Shown: piece by piece, positions 52,308-63,324 of the stretch | Layout: each line of letters starts with the position of its first letter | Numbering within the stretch: position 1 is the first letter of the stretch | Assembly: GCA_963805855.1 (NCBI GenBank) | Contig: CAWDVW010000006.1 | Location: forward strand, 137,693 to 201,692 | DNA: 64,000 nucleotides | Source: Candidatus Dadabacteria bacterium | GTDB taxonomy: Bacteria > Desulfobacterota_D > UBA1144 > Nemesobacterales > CSP1-2 | Reading direction: 5' to 3' | Notes under the pieces: model-generated | The model's input: the letters and a program-made list of their open reading frames with translations, nothing else | Databases searched by the model: none | What the model was told of the DNA's origin: nothing | Program-made: the position numbers and the translations under genes

Positions 52308-53209
52308 TGAGTGTATTGGTCGTTGGTTCAATTGCGCTTGATGACATCGAAACCCCTTTCGGAAAAAGGGAGGGAATCCTCGGTGGTTCCGCATCCTATT
52401 TCTCCATAGCAGCGAGTAATTTTACCGACGTTAAAATAGTTGCCGTCGTCGGAGAGGATTTTCCCGATGTTCATCTAAAAATGTTTCAGTCGTATAATAT
52501 TGACTTACACGGCGTTAAAAAGGCTCCGGGAAAGACTTTTAGATGGGAGGGTAAATATGGATACGATCTTAGCGAGCCGCTTACATTGGGTACATACCTG
52601 AACGTTTTTGAAACCTTCGAGCCAGTAATACCAGATGATTATACTCAGGAAGATTATGTATTTCTTGCAAATATTGACCCCGAGCTCCAGTTGAACGTGC
52701 TGGATCAGGTTACGGCTCCAAAGGTCGTGGCTCTGGATACAATGAATTACTGGATAGAGAATAAACCTTTAGAGCTTAAAAAGGTCCTGGAGCGTGTGAA
52801 TGTTTTGATTGTCAATGATGCAGAGACAAGGGAATTAGCGAAAGAATCGAGGATAACCAGGGCGGCTAGGATTGTTATGGATATGGGCCCGGAGGTTCTT
52901 ATAGTGAAGAGGGGGGAATACGGTGCATTGTTGTTTTCAAAGGACGGAATATTTTGGGCTCCTAGTTATCCACTTGAGGAAGTTGTTGATCCAACAGGGG
53001 CTGGAGATTCATTTGCCGGCGGATTTATGGGTTACATCGCAGGTAACGATATCCGAGAAAATGCTGGATTTAAAAGGGCCGTAGTTCATGGAAGCGTGAT
53101 TGCCTCGTTTACTGTCGAGGATTTCAGTGTAGATAGATTGATTTTACTGAAAAAGGAGGAAATAGAAACCAGGTATCAAGCGTTTCTAAAACTTTCCAAT
53201 CTGGATTAA
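52307..53209 (+). CDS. PfkB-family carbohydrate/nucleoside kinase
   Basis: DPTGAGDSFAGGF motif; 1-nt overlap with mtnP stop suggests an operon. Confidence 0.8.
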   Translation: MSVLVVGSIALDDIETPFGKREGILGGSASYFSIAASNFTDVKIVAVVGEDFPDVHLKMFQSYNIDLHGVKKAPGKTFRWEGKYGYDLSEPLTLGTYLNVFETFEPVIPDDYTQEDYVFLANIDPELQLNVLDQVTAPKVVALDTMNYWIENKPLELKKVLERVNVLIVNDAETRELAKESRITRAARIVMDMGPEVLIVKRGEYGALLFSKDGIFWAPSYPLEEVVDPTGAGDSFAGGFMGYIAGNDIRENAGFKRAVVHGSVIASFTVEDFSVDRLILLKKEEIETRYQAFLKLSNLD

Positions 53210-53210
53210 T

Positions 53211-53966
53211 ATGAAGACAACTATACTCTTTTTATCAATTATTGTACTGCTGATTTCTTGCGGTGGAAAAAAGACGGGAGAAACTAATAATGAGCAAAGA
53301 ATATCGGAATACAAGTCGCTAGCGATTGCTTCAATCTATCGTAGAAATTTTCAGCAGGCGTTGGAGGACATACGAGCAATTGAGGGCTCGGACAGTAATG
53401 ACCCTGAGTTATATCTTATAAAGGGGCTTATATTCTTCGGTTTAAGGGATTATGGTAGTGCCGAAAAATCGTATAAAAGGGCATTAGAGATTAAGTCAGA
53501 CTATTCAGAGGCTAGATATAACTTGTGTGGTCTATATTTAAAGCTCGATAAGTTGGATAGCGCCATAGAACAGTGTGAGAAAGCTTCGACGGATATCCTG
53601 TATAGATCAAGGGATAAGGCGCTTACTAGTTTAGGTGTGGCGTATTATAAAAAGGGCGACGTACAAAAAGCCAAGGAATACTATGATAAGTCGCTTGAAA
53701 TAAATCCGGCTTTGGTTTACACTCACAATGAGCTTGGCAAGCTTTACATGTCGGCTGGGGATTATCAGCGGGCGGTGGAGGAATTTAAAAGGGCTACATT
53801 TGGATATGAGTTGTATGATGAGGCGTTATTTAATCTAGGGGTTTGTTATTTAAAGCTTGGAAAAACTGTCGAGGCGTGTGAATCGTTTAAGAGGGTTGTT
53901 GAGATTTCTAGTTTGAGTGAATATGGTATGAATGCTGGTAAGTACGTTAATACAATATGTAATTAA
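53211..53966 (+). CDS. TPR-repeat lipoprotein
   Basis: Signal peptide plus LISCGG lipobox; 5-6 TPR units. Confidence 0.7.
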   Translation: MKTTILFLSIIVLLISCGGKKTGETNNEQRISEYKSLAIASIYRRNFQQALEDIRAIEGSDSNDPELYLIKGLIFFGLRDYGSAEKSYKRALEIKSDYSEARYNLCGLYLKLDKLDSAIEQCEKASTDILYRSRDKALTSLGVAYYKKGDVQKAKEYYDKSLEINPALVYTHNELGKLYMSAGDYQRAVEEFKRATFGYELYDEALFNLGVCYLKLGKTVEACESFKRVVEISSLSEYGMNAGKYVNTICN

Positions 53967-53996
53967 TATTAGATCGACTATTAGGGAGGGAAAATT

Positions 53997-54293
53997 ATGG
54001 CAAAAAAAACAACTAATGATATGGTAAGGGGTTTTAAAGAATTATTTGGAAATCCCAAGTGGATGGAAAAATTTGAAAAAACTGTTGACAGTCAATTTAA
54101 GACATTAAAAAGCACGTTTGACAAAAATCTAGAGAAAGCAACTCGGGGTCTTAACATTACAACTAAGAAGGATGTAAACGTGCTTAATTCAAAGATTAGG
54201 GCTTTGGAAAAAAGGATAGAGAAGCTAGAGGGAGCCAAAAAACGCCCTGCCACTAGAAAAAGGTCTAAGAAATTGGAGCATCAAAGTCTATAA
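53997..54293 (+). CDS. Small coiled-coil protein (phasin-like?)
   Basis: RBS GGGAGGG; weak phasin-like resemblance only. Confidence 0.35.
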   Translation: MAKKTTNDMVRGFKELFGNPKWMEKFEKTVDSQFKTLKSTFDKNLEKATRGLNITTKKDVNVLNSKIRALEKRIEKLEGAKKRPATRKRSKKLEHQSL

Positions 54294-54377
54294 GTGAGAT
54301 ACTGAACCTTATTCCTTCTCGTCATAAAATATTCTCAAAGATTCAATCTCTTATCAAAATTCAGTTGTATTAATGCG

Positions 54378-55838
54378 CTAATTTGAATGTCTTATCTTGC
54401 TTAAAAGTGTGGAAGTCGAAATGCCTGTGAGTTGTTCTATAAATTTGACCTTCCCCCCATAACCTTCAACGAATTCACTTCCAATGACCTTTTTATGTTT
54501 GTAATCGCTACCCTTGACCAGTATGTCTGGTTTTATCATTTTAATTAATTCAAGCGGAGTATCTTCAGCGAAAACAACGACAAAGTTTACACATTCCAGC
54601 TCTGCAATCATTCGTGCTCTATCTAACGCGGGTATATATGGTCTTTGCTCTCCTTTGATCCTTTTAACCGAATCGTCATCGTTGACTCCGACTATTAATA
54701 TGTCTCCAAAATTTTTAGCTTCATTCAGCAGGTGTAAATGTCCTTTATGAAAAAGGTCAAAGCAACCATTAGTGAACGTAATTTTCTTTTTTTCTTTTCT
54801 TAACTGGGATAACAATTCAAGTAGAAAGTTTCGCGAAACTATTTTTTCGAGTTTTAGATTTCTATTATTGACAAAGGCGTTGAGTAGATCTCTTTGTGTG
54901 ACGCTAACTGTTCCAACCCTTCCAACCACCACGCCTGCGGCTGCATTCGCTATTCTCACCGATTCTTCCCATGACTTTGATGACAGGTACGACAGTGTGA
55001 GAACACTAACAACCGTGTCGCCTGCCCCCGTAACATCGAAGATCTCTCTTGCATTAGAGTGCACAGTGTTTATGTTTTCTCCCCTTACACAGTAACTTAT
55101 TCCCTCCTTGCCTCGAGTTATTATGATATTGTCAATGCCCGTTATTTTAATCAACTTTTTCATGGCTTTTTTTATTGTCGCTTCACCTACAATATTAAAA
55201 CCGCAAACCTCTTCCGCTTCCGTCTGATTTGGTGTTATCATGCTTGCACCTTTATATTTCGTAAAATCTCTCCCCTTGGGATCCACAGCAACAAATATGT
55301 TTTTTACCTTGGGATGTTTTATGATTTCTTTACATAATTCTCTTGTCATTAGGCCCTTGGCATAGTCTGAGATTATAATTCCGTCTGGCTTAAATTTGTT
55401 GATGGAATCTATGTAGGATCTTACTATCTTCTTTCTTGTTATGATAGAAATAGGATTAATCTGTTCATGGTCTATTCTCAAAATCTGCTGGTTTCGAGAG
55501 ATAATCCTGGTTTTCGTTGTTGTAATTCTTTCGGGGTCGGTGATTATGTCATCGGAATCTATTTCAGTTTGCTTTAGAAGTTCTGATAATTTATTGCTGT
55601 CATCATCATTGCCTGTTACTCCGAAGATTTTCACACATGCGCCAAGGCTCATCAAATTAACGGCAACGTTCCCTGCACCGCCGATTGAAATAAGTTCATC
55701 TTTTGATTTTAATACGGGTACCGGCGCTTCGGGGGATATTCGTGAAACACTACCGGCAATAAAGCGATCAAGCATAATATCCCCTATAACGATTATTCTC
55801 TGCTTCTCAAAGTTGCTTATAACTGATAAAGTATCCAT
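54378..55838 (-). CDS. hldE: Bifunctional D-glycero-beta-D-manno-heptose-7-phosphate kinase / heptose-1-phosphate adenylyltransferase
   Basis: N-terminal PfkB kinase (DVTGAGD) plus C-terminal cytidylyltransferase FTNGCFDLFHKGHLHLL. Confidence 0.9.
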   Translation of the reverse strand: MDTLSVISNFEKQRIIVIGDIMLDRFIAGSVSRISPEAPVPVLKSKDELISIGGAGNVAVNLMSLGACVKIFGVTGNDDDSNKLSELLKQTEIDSDDIITDPERITTTKTRIISRNQQILRIDHEQINPISIITRKKIVRSYIDSINKFKPDGIIISDYAKGLMTRELCKEIIKHPKVKNIFVAVDPKGRDFTKYKGASMITPNQTEAEEVCGFNIVGEATIKKAMKKLIKITGIDNIIITRGKEGISYCVRGENINTVHSNAREIFDVTGAGDTVVSVLTLSYLSSKSWEESVRIANAAAGVVVGRVGTVSVTQRDLLNAFVNNRNLKLEKIVSRNFLLELLSQLRKEKKKITFTNGCFDLFHKGHLHLLNEAKNFGDILIVGVNDDDSVKRIKGEQRPYIPALDRARMIAELECVNFVVVFAEDTPLELIKMIKPDILVKGSDYKHKKVIGSEFVEGYGGKVKFIEQLTGISTSTLLSKIRHSN

Positions 55839-55869
55839 GCTACAGGGAATAGCTTTTCATGGAGGAGAA

Positions 55870-56166
55870 TTATTTTTTTTCGGGACCGATATCTTTCACG
55901 TATTTCATCCTTAGGTTGTAAAGCACATCGTCCAGGAGTTTTTGTTCTTCTCCGTCGAGGTTGCCCACGGTCTTGCTCTTGATTATTTCCAGAATTTCTA
56001 TTGTATGTTTCGCTGCGCTCAAATTGACTAATCGTTCTCTGGACTGAGGATCGGGTATGTCACCAAGGTGTATCAGAGCTGAAGCATTTAGTGAGAGGAC
56101 AAAATTCGAGAAATCTAATTTCAATGAGCCACTTTCCTTCGATCTTCTTTTGTCTTCATCTCCCAT
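55870..56166 (-). CDS. DUF1844-family protein
   Basis: FSNFVLSLNASALIHLGDIPDP...LYNLRMKYV matches the DUF1844 pattern. Confidence 0.55.
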   Translation of the reverse strand: MGDEDKRRSKESGSLKLDFSNFVLSLNASALIHLGDIPDPQSRERLVNLSAAKHTIEILEIIKSKTVGNLDGEEQKLLDDVLYNLRMKYVKDIGPEKK

Positions 56167-56189
56167 GTCGATTGCCTCCCATAATAATT

Positions 56190-56486
56190 TTATTCTCGGA
56201 TGTTCTTATCAATATACTTGAAAAGTTTATATATCACATCATCGGTCTCTGTTTTCATACTAAACATTCGATCGCTTATCTCTAATATTACCTCTATGCC
56301 TGCAAAGTTAACTCCCATTTCTTGGAGATCCTTGGCAAGAAAAAGCTTTCTAATGTCTCTTTCGGTGTAGAACACTTCATTACCTTCTTCCATTGGATAT
56401 AGCAACTCAGCTTCTTCAAGCCGTTTAACAAAGCTTGGGGTAACTCCCACTATTTCCAACAATGATCTAAACGAGTAGAGTTTCAT
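56190..56486 (-). CDS. cbpM: Chaperone-modulator protein CbpM (MerR-like)
   Basis: About 100-aa MerR-type HTH immediately downstream of, and overlapping, cbpA. Confidence 0.7.
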   Translation of the reverse strand: MKLYSFRSLLEIVGVTPSFVKRLEEAELLYPMEEGNEVFYTERDIRKLFLAKDLQEMGVNFAGIEVILEISDRMFSMKTETDDVIYKLFKYIDKNIRE

Positions 56487-57412
56487 CTCATATATTTTTC
56501 TAAATGCGATCTCGGGTTGTATGGGTTTGAGTTTCGTAATTCTTCAAATGTGCTTTTTGCCCTCTCGTTGATCGTTTCAGGCATAACTATCTTAAGGACA
56601 ACGTATTGGTCGCCTCGCTGTCCGGTCCTTAAATTTGAAACACCCTTCCCCTTGAGCCTTAACTTGGTTCCATTCTGTACATTGGGAGGAACTGTCAGTG
56701 TAGCTGAACCATCTATTGTCGGGACCGTTATTCGGGCACCAAGCGCTGCCTCGTAAAAGGTTATAGGGAGTTCGATATAAATATCGTCTTTCTTCCTACC
56801 GAAAATGGGGTGGGGTTTGACCTTGATTCTCAGGAAGAGGTCACCACTTGTTCCTCTGCCTTCTTCTCCCTTTCCTTTAACCCTAATTCTTGACCCGTCA
56901 TCAACACCGGCAGGAATTTTCACTGACAGTGTCTCTGTAACAACTTTCCCATCCTTGGTCTGTTTAGATATTGTTAAATCTCTGGTGCCACCCTTGATCG
57001 CGGCTTCAAAATCGATTGTAACTTGGTATTCGATGTTACGGCCTCTACTTGGGCCTCTCTCAGTCCATCGAGACCCAAAAATATCACCAAATAGATTCTC
57101 GAATCCGCCTAGATCGCCAATATCGAATTCGAATCCACCGGGAGAACCCTCTGACGGTTGCCACGTAGTTCTTCCTGGCCCCGCCTGAAAATCGGCAGTT
57201 CCAAATGTATCATAATTTTTCCGCTTTTCCTCATTGGATATTACTTCATTGGCCTCTTGTATTTCCTTAAAGTTTTGTTCTGCGTCTTTATTTCCGGGAT
57301 TTAAGTCAGGATGGTATTTTCTCGCAAGCTTACGATAAGCCTTCTTTATTTCTTCTTTTGTAGCGTTTCTAGGAACACCTAAAATACTGTAATAATCCTT
57401 CTTTGGAGGCAT
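56483..57412 (-). CDS. cbpA: Curved-DNA-binding DnaJ-like co-chaperone CbpA
   Basis: J-domain with HPD; G/F-rich linker; no Cys-rich zinc finger; two C-terminal DnaJ_C domains. Confidence 0.8.
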   Translation of the reverse strand: MPPKKDYYSILGVPRNATKEEIKKAYRKLARKYHPDLNPGNKDAEQNFKEIQEANEVISNEEKRKNYDTFGTADFQAGPGRTTWQPSEGSPGGFEFDIGDLGGFENLFGDIFGSRWTERGPSRGRNIEYQVTIDFEAAIKGGTRDLTISKQTKDGKVVTETLSVKIPAGVDDGSRIRVKGKGEEGRGTSGDLFLRIKVKPHPIFGRKKDDIYIELPITFYEAALGARITVPTIDGSATLTVPPNVQNGTKLRLKGKGVSNLRTGQRGDQYVVLKIVMPETINERAKSTFEELRNSNPYNPRSHLEKYMR

Positions 57413-57427
57413 ATGTATTTAGTACAA

Positions 57428-57470
57428 TAAAAGCTACCCTGCCGACTCATCTTCCAGCAGGGTAGCTTTA
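57428..57470 (-). terminator. Hairpin terminator downstream of hsp20
   Basis: 13-bp perfect stem AAAGCTACCCTGC / GCAGGGTAGCTTT, then U-rich tract on the minus-strand transcript. Confidence 0.5.
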
Positions 57471-57476
57471 AAGGAA

Positions 57477-57929
57477 CTAGTTAACGTCAACTGCTATTCT
57501 CTTAGGCTTTGCCTCTTCTTTTTTTGGAAGAGTTAGATCCAGAATCCCATCTCTAAATGTTGCCTTTATCTTTGTAGAATCGACATTCTGGGGAAGACTA
57601 AAGCTTCTGACGAATTTTCCGTAGGTACGCTCGACCCTTATATATTTATCCCTTGGTACCTTTTCTTCAAACTTCTTTTCGCCCTTAATGGTGAGGGTGT
57701 TGTCTTCTATACCAATCTCAATATCATCTTTATTGAGACCGGGAAGATCGGCACTCACGACAAAGGAGTCGTCGGTTTCATGGATATCAACTGGAGGAGA
57801 CCATGCACCTGTTGCTAATTCCTCATCACCCGTGGGAACTGATCTCATCTTATCATCAAACATTTTGTTTATTCTCTCTTGGAGAGATCCAAAATCTCTC
57901 CATGGATCCCATACTCTTAGTCTAACCAT
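57477..57929 (-). CDS. Hsp20/alpha-crystallin family small heat-shock protein
   Basis: Alpha-crystallin domain with AxxxxGVLTVxxPK-like C-terminal motif (GILDLTLPKK). Confidence 0.9.
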   Translation of the reverse strand: MVRLRVWDPWRDFGSLQERINKMFDDKMRSVPTGDEELATGAWSPPVDIHETDDSFVVSADLPGLNKDDIEIGIEDNTLTIKGEKKFEEKVPRDKYIRVERTYGKFVRSFSLPQNVDSTKIKATFRDGILDLTLPKKEEAKPKRIAVDVN

Positions 57930-58054
57930 CTTAATTACCTCCCTGTATAGAATTTTCTAACATTTCTAAGATAATCATAGTCTCTCATGAATCAAGGAAA
58001 TAATTGTAAAAAAATATGAAAAGTCAGGGGATATAACTGATTGGAAACTCTGCG

Positions 58055-59116
58055 TTAGTTTAATTTTTCGATCTGTTGTAAGACCTTTTCGGCTATCTCT
58101 GAAAAGGCCCGTGAAGCTGGACTTTCGGGATGTGAGATAGCGATTGGTTTCCCCTCGTCGCCACCTTTTCGAATCTCAGGATCAATTGGTATTTCCCCAA
58201 GAAAGGGCACATCGAATTCGTCAGCCATTCGTCTTCCACCACCTCTCCCGAAGATATCAATTGTCATATTAGTTTCTGGAACTTCAAGATAGCTCATGTT
58301 TTCAACTATGCCCAGCACAGGCACATTTAGCTTCCTGAACATATGGACTCCACGCCTTACATCAATGAGCGCAACATCCTGGGGTGTTGTGACGATTAAA
58401 CCGCCACTTAGGGGCACGGTCTGGACGAGGGATAATTGTGCATCCCCCGTGCCTGGAGGCAAATCGACCACGAGGTAATCCGTTCCCCTCCAATCAACAT
58501 CTTCAATGAATTGCTTTACCGCACCATGAACCATAGGACCTCTCCATATTACTGTCTCGTCCTGGTCTATAAGAAACCCTATTGACATGAGTTTCAATCC
58601 ATACTTGTCAAGTGGTATGATCTTCTGTTCAGGAGTAGCTATTGGCTTTTCATTAATACCCATCATAATCGGAATACTAGGACCCCAGATGTCAGCGTCC
58701 ATAAGCCCGACATTGTTTCTCAACCTCGCCATACAAATGGCGAGATTCACCGCTACCGTAGACTTACCTACACCTCCTTTGCCACTTGCTACCGCTATGT
58801 AATATTTAACGTCTGGAAGCTTTGACTCTTCTGGTTTCTTTTTTTGTGTCTGCCCAGGAGAGGCGTGTGTTTCTCTCGTTCCTATGTTGACGCTCACCTC
58901 GGAAACACCCGGCGATTCTAAAAGGGTCTTTCTCACTGATTCCTTGATTTGAGACTCCAGTTTATCATCATGCTTGGGGAGTAGAATATCTACATTTACC
59001 ATCGAGCCTTTTATCTCTATCTCTTTTACCAGCCCGAACGAAACTATATCTCTGGTAAATCCTGGGTACTTTACATTTTTGAGGATGTTTCTTATCTCTT
59101 CAGGACTCAATTCCAT
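58055..59116 (-). CDS. apbC: Mrp/NBP35-family Fe-S cluster carrier ATPase with N-terminal DUF59
   Basis: Walker A VASGKGGVGKST, CxxC Fe-S motif region, N-terminal MIP18-like domain. Confidence 0.9.
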   Translation of the reverse strand: MELSPEEIRNILKNVKYPGFTRDIVSFGLVKEIEIKGSMVNVDILLPKHDDKLESQIKESVRKTLLESPGVSEVSVNIGTRETHASPGQTQKKKPEESKLPDVKYYIAVASGKGGVGKSTVAVNLAICMARLRNNVGLMDADIWGPSIPIMMGINEKPIATPEQKIIPLDKYGLKLMSIGFLIDQDETVIWRGPMVHGAVKQFIEDVDWRGTDYLVVDLPPGTGDAQLSLVQTVPLSGGLIVTTPQDVALIDVRRGVHMFRKLNVPVLGIVENMSYLEVPETNMTIDIFGRGGGRRMADEFDVPFLGEIPIDPEIRKGGDEGKPIAISHPESPASRAFSEIAEKVLQQIEKLN

Positions 59117-59133
59117 TTCTTAGTGTTTTCCTC

Positions 59134-59538
59134 TCATGCTATACCTAGTCGCTGTTTCGCTTCATCACTCATCATATCTGGATTCCATGGCGGATCCCAA
59201 ACTATATCTATAAAAACGTTCTTAGCTCCTATCGGCTTTATCGCCATCTCAGCCTGCTTGGCGATTGTCGCCCCCATACCGCATCCCGGTGTAGTAAGGC
59301 TCATCTTTATATTTACATTTCTCCCCGATATGCCAACGTCATAGATAAGTCCTAAATCAACAATGTTTACAGGGAGTTCCGGGTCATATACCGATCTGAG
59401 GGCTTCAAATACCCTTTCTTCTGTCAGGGGCTCGTCTGTTTCCGTAGACTTTTCAAATTTCGTGAAGGCTACTCCCTTCTCCTCCGATTCTTTGGGCTTT
59501 TCGTCCTTTTTGATATTTATGAATTTTTTCATAGCCAT
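59134..59538 (-). CDS. DUF59 (MIP18/SufT-like) Fe-S assembly protein
   Basis: VYDPELPVNIVDLGLIY signature. Confidence 0.75.
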   Translation of the reverse strand: MAMKKFINIKKDEKPKESEEKGVAFTKFEKSTETDEPLTEERVFEALRSVYDPELPVNIVDLGLIYDVGISGRNVNIKMSLTTPGCGMGATIAKQAEMAIKPIGAKNVFIDIVWDPPWNPDMMSDEAKQRLGIA

Positions 59539-59722
59539 ATAAATTTACTCCTTAAACCAGGTTTTTAAGAATCTTAATTTAGCGGTAGAATAATATGTTA
59601 CCTGTTAACTTGAATAATATCTAATCGGATTAGAAGACAGTGTATGTTATGGTATTAATGCTTCTCATGACCCTGATTTCTTGACAGTTCTCCTTTAATT
59701 CAATAATCTTCTTGGGCGATTT

Positions 59723-60787
59723 ATGCGTAGGACAACAAGGCAGATATCCTTGGGGGCCGTCAAGGTCGGCGGAGGCTCGCCCATTACAGTTCAGTCTATG
59801 ACTAAGACTGATACAAGGGATATCCAGGCAACGGTTGAAGAAATAAAGAGACTCGAATTAGCCGGTTGCGATATGGTAAGGCTTGCCGTACCGGACATGG
59901 ATGCCGCGAGAGCCCTTGGTGCGATAAAAAACCAGGTGGCTATTCCCATCATCTCGGACATACATTTTGATTACCGACTTGCGCTTGAAGCGATCGACCA
60001 GGGGGTGGATGGTATGAGGGTAAATCCTGGGAATATTGGTTCAAGGGCTAAGATTAAGGCTGTCGTTGATGCGGTTAAAGAGAGAAATATACCTATAAGG
60101 ATAGGGGTTAATTCCGGTTCTCTCGAAAAGGATATATTGAAGAAATTTGGTAGCCCGAAGGCGGAAGCACTGGCTGAGAGTGCACTGAGACACGTGCAGA
60201 TACTCGAGGATATGGACTTCAGGGATATTAAGATCTCAGTAAAATCCACTGACGTTATGAAAATGATTGAGTCATACAGAATTATCGCCGAAAAGACCGA
60301 TTATCCCTTACATCTCGGAGTCACGGAGGCAGGAACGATTAAGATGGGTACTATCAAATCCTCAGTAGGGATAGGGACACTCTTAGCAGAGGGAATTGGA
60401 GATACAATACGGGTTTCCCTTACAGGTGATCCTGTTGAAGAGGTTTCTGTGGGAATAGATATCCTCAGATCATTGGGTTTAAGGAAAAATGGTGTAGAGA
60501 TTGTTTCATGTCCCGGTTGTGGACGACTTGAAATCGATCTCATGAAACTTGTTAGGGAAGCAGAATTAAGAATCAGCAATATTGATCTCGAGAGACCGGT
60601 GAAGGTTGCTATCCTCGGGTGCGTTGTAAATGGACCCGGTGAGGCATCGGAAGCGGATATTGGAATTGCTGGGGGAAGAGGGAAGGGCATGTTATATAAA
60701 GAGGGTCGATTGGTACGATCATTTAAAGAAAGCCAACTTGTTGATGAACTGGTTAAAGAGCTGGAAAAATTTGCTTCGCTTAACTAA
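59723..60787 (+). CDS. ispG: 4-hydroxy-3-methylbut-2-enyl diphosphate synthase (GcpE)
   Basis: N-terminal TIM-barrel region VGGGSPITVQSMT; C-terminal CPGCGR Fe-S motif. Confidence 0.95.
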   Translation: MRRTTRQISLGAVKVGGGSPITVQSMTKTDTRDIQATVEEIKRLELAGCDMVRLAVPDMDAARALGAIKNQVAIPIISDIHFDYRLALEAIDQGVDGMRVNPGNIGSRAKIKAVVDAVKERNIPIRIGVNSGSLEKDILKKFGSPKAEALAESALRHVQILEDMDFRDIKISVKSTDVMKMIESYRIIAEKTDYPLHLGVTEAGTIKMGTIKSSVGIGTLLAEGIGDTIRVSLTGDPVEEVSVGIDILRSLGLRKNGVEIVSCPGCGRLEIDLMKLVREAELRISNIDLERPVKVAILGCVVNGPGEASEADIGIAGGRGKGMLYKEGRLVRSFKESQLVDELVKELEKFASLN

Positions 60788-60799
60788 TCTTTTTATCGT

Positions 60800-61366
60800 T
60801 TAATCCTCACCGATAATCTTTTTTTGTTGCATATCCTTCAACTGTTCAATCCTCTTTAAACCTTCCTTAAACCTCTTGAAGTTGTGCACGTAGTGCTCTG
60901 CCGATAGCTTTAGATTTTTAATTTCCTCATCTGTGACCTTTCTTATCACTTTTCCGGGAGTTCCCAATACAAGGGATCCGTCCGGAATCTCTTTTCCTTC
61001 TGGAATTAGGCTATTTGCACCCACAATACAGTTCTCTCCAACCCTCGCGTTATTTAAAATGACCGCGTTTATCCCGACCAAGCTGTTGTCTCCAATACTG
61101 CATCCGTGTAACATCGCTAGGTGGCCTATTGTAACTCCTTGACCGATCTGCATGGGAATGCCTTCGTCGGTATGTACTACGACTCCATCTTGAATATTGG
61201 TATTCTCACCTATTTCTATTGGTTCATTATCACCCCTTATAACCGCATTAAACCATATGCTAACGTTATTATTTACGATTACTGAGCCAATTACGGTCGC
61301 ATTTTCTGCGATAAAATAGTCTTTTGCTTTTATTTCTACCCTTCTTTCACCTAATGAATACATCAT
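60800..61366 (-). CDS. Gamma-class carbonic anhydrase-like hexapeptide-repeat protein (YrdA/PaaY family)
   Basis: Left-handed beta-helix hexapeptide repeats; conserved His ligands. Confidence 0.85.
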   Translation of the reverse strand: MMYSLGERRVEIKAKDYFIAENATVIGSVIVNNNVSIWFNAVIRGDNEPIEIGENTNIQDGVVVHTDEGIPMQIGQGVTIGHLAMLHGCSIGDNSLVGINAVILNNARVGENCIVGANSLIPEGKEIPDGSLVLGTPGKVIRKVTDEEIKNLKLSAEHYVHNFKRFKEGLKRIEQLKDMQQKKIIGED

Positions 61367-61590
61367 TGTTGACTCCTTCTTCTAGCGAATTTGACCCAAA
61401 GAGTAAATGATACATCGAGGTGTAATATTACCTACGTACACCCACTACATCCAATAGCAAGGTGCTAATAATTACGAGGGTATTCAGTAGGGGTATTCCA
61501 TTACACGTAATTGCGATTCTCAGTAGACCTATGTTGCAAATTTAAGATCTTATTGGATTAGCTGGGACGATCGACTTATAATATTCATCA

Positions 61591-62652
61591 ATGAGTAAAT
61601 TACATCAAAACATAAGGGGCCGTGGCTCAGCGGAGAACCCAGCCAATCGTTTTGAGAGAATCGACTATGTACCCTATGAGGAGGAAATATCGCAGGGAAT
61701 CTCCCCCAAAACAGAGTATTACAAAGACTCGACTCGATCCATAATCGCTTACAATGATAGTCCGGATGTCGGTTTTAATGCCGGTATCAATCCTTATAGG
61801 GGCTGCGAGCATGGTTGTATTTACTGTTATGCCAGGCCTAGTCATGAGTACTTCGGACTTTCACTTGGCTTAGATTTTGAGACGAAAATTTTTGTTAAAG
61901 AAGATGCTCCACACCTACTGCGTAAGGAATTATCGTCTCCTGACTGGACAGCTCAGGCAATTGCACTGAGTGGTAATACCGATCCATATCAGCCAGCGGA
62001 GCGACATTTTCAATTGACCAGGGAGTGTTTAAGGGTTTTGGCTGAGTTCAGGAATCCTGTGGGAATCGTCACGAAGAATTATCTTGTCACACGCGACATT
62101 GATGTTTTGAAAACGCTTTCTGAATATGATGCAGCACTTGTTGCAGTTTCGTTAACAACTCTAGACCCAAATCTAGCAAGAGCAATGGAGCCTAGAACTT
62201 CACACCCCGAATATCGATTGAAGGCTATTCAAACGCTTTCTGAAAATGGTATCCCGACCATGGTATTGATTGCACCCGTTATTCCAGGTCTCACAGATCA
62301 TGAAATACCGAATATCATTCAAAGAGCGGTAAATGCCGGTGCTGAGCAGGCAGGATACATAATGCTTCGTTTACCATATGGTGTAGGCGAGCTTTTTCAA
62401 AATTGGTTGGAAGCACATTACCCAAATAAAAAAAATAAGGTTCTAAATCGTATCCTTTCGATCCGTGGCGGAAAGCTTAATTCGAATGAATTCTACGAAA
62501 GGATGAAGGGTAATGGTATTTTTGCCGAGCAAATACGAAAAATATTCGAGCTAGCCTGTCGTAAGGCGGGAATCGAAGGGAATAAGTTCGAACTTTCCAA
62601 AGAGAATTTCCGCTGCCCCGGGGCATCAGAGCAATTAAGGCTTTTTGATTAG
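61591..62652 (+). CDS. Radical SAM protein, PA0069/SplB-like (DNA repair photolyase) family
   Basis: ENPANRFERI N-terminal signature plus CEHGCIYC cluster motif. Confidence 0.8.
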   Translation: MSKLHQNIRGRGSAENPANRFERIDYVPYEEEISQGISPKTEYYKDSTRSIIAYNDSPDVGFNAGINPYRGCEHGCIYCYARPSHEYFGLSLGLDFETKIFVKEDAPHLLRKELSSPDWTAQAIALSGNTDPYQPAERHFQLTRECLRVLAEFRNPVGIVTKNYLVTRDIDVLKTLSEYDAALVAVSLTTLDPNLARAMEPRTSHPEYRLKAIQTLSENGIPTMVLIAPVIPGLTDHEIPNIIQRAVNAGAEQAGYIMLRLPYGVGELFQNWLEAHYPNKKNKVLNRILSIRGGKLNSNEFYERMKGNGIFAEQIRKIFELACRKAGIEGNKFELSKENFRCPGASEQLRLFD

Positions 62653-62808
62653 TTTTTCGGGTTCCGTCTTTTTACTTAACTCTAAATAGATGTGAATCCT
62701 AAGATCAGGTCTTTCAAACAAAATCAGTTACAAAATGTCATGAATGATAGCACGGTAAACCGATATATCCAAGATATCAACGACGGTCTATGTATCATTC
62801 TAGTCGTT

Positions 62809-63288
62809 CTAATCTCCGAATGTGTATTTAATTCCGTGTTCTTCGCACCAATCCTTCGCGATATCTACTAGTGCAGCCTCCTTGTATCTGTACCACTCAT
62901 CGTGAATTCCATATTCATGGATGGTATCTTTGAAACGACGAAACGCCCCGCGTCCTTGGATAAGCTCACATAGCTCTTGAGATATACCTATATCAGGATA
63001 TTCTCTGCTGAACCTTTCCATGATACTATATTCGTGAATATCAAATGATGTTGGAAGTGGTACAAACCTTCCTAGTTTGTCTTCCAATACCAGGCGTGCC
63101 AATGTAATCAATTCCCGATGCCATTCCGGATAATGTTCAATCGGTTCGCCATCTTCAACAGCATTGAATTCCTCATCCGAGAGCATTATTACCTCTCCCG
63201 TATTAGTGTCGAGATAGTACTTGTGAATCTCAGATTGGAATCCGAGTGCGTCTACAATATCTTCTAATCTGCAGCGAGTCATGATCAA
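62809..63288 (-). CDS. Hypothetical cytoplasmic protein
   Basis: Clean ORF, acidic, no motif. Confidence 0.4.
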   Translation of the reverse strand: MIMTRCRLEDIVDALGFQSEIHKYYLDTNTGEVIMLSDEEFNAVEDGEPIEHYPEWHRELITLARLVLEDKLGRFVPLPTSFDIHEYSIMERFSREYPDIGISQELCELIQGRGAFRRFKDTIHEYGIHDEWYRYKEAALVDIAKDWCEEHGIKYTFGD

Positions 63289-63324
63289 GTAAGAAAAATC
63301 GCATTTATTTAAAATTCTGGTTAA

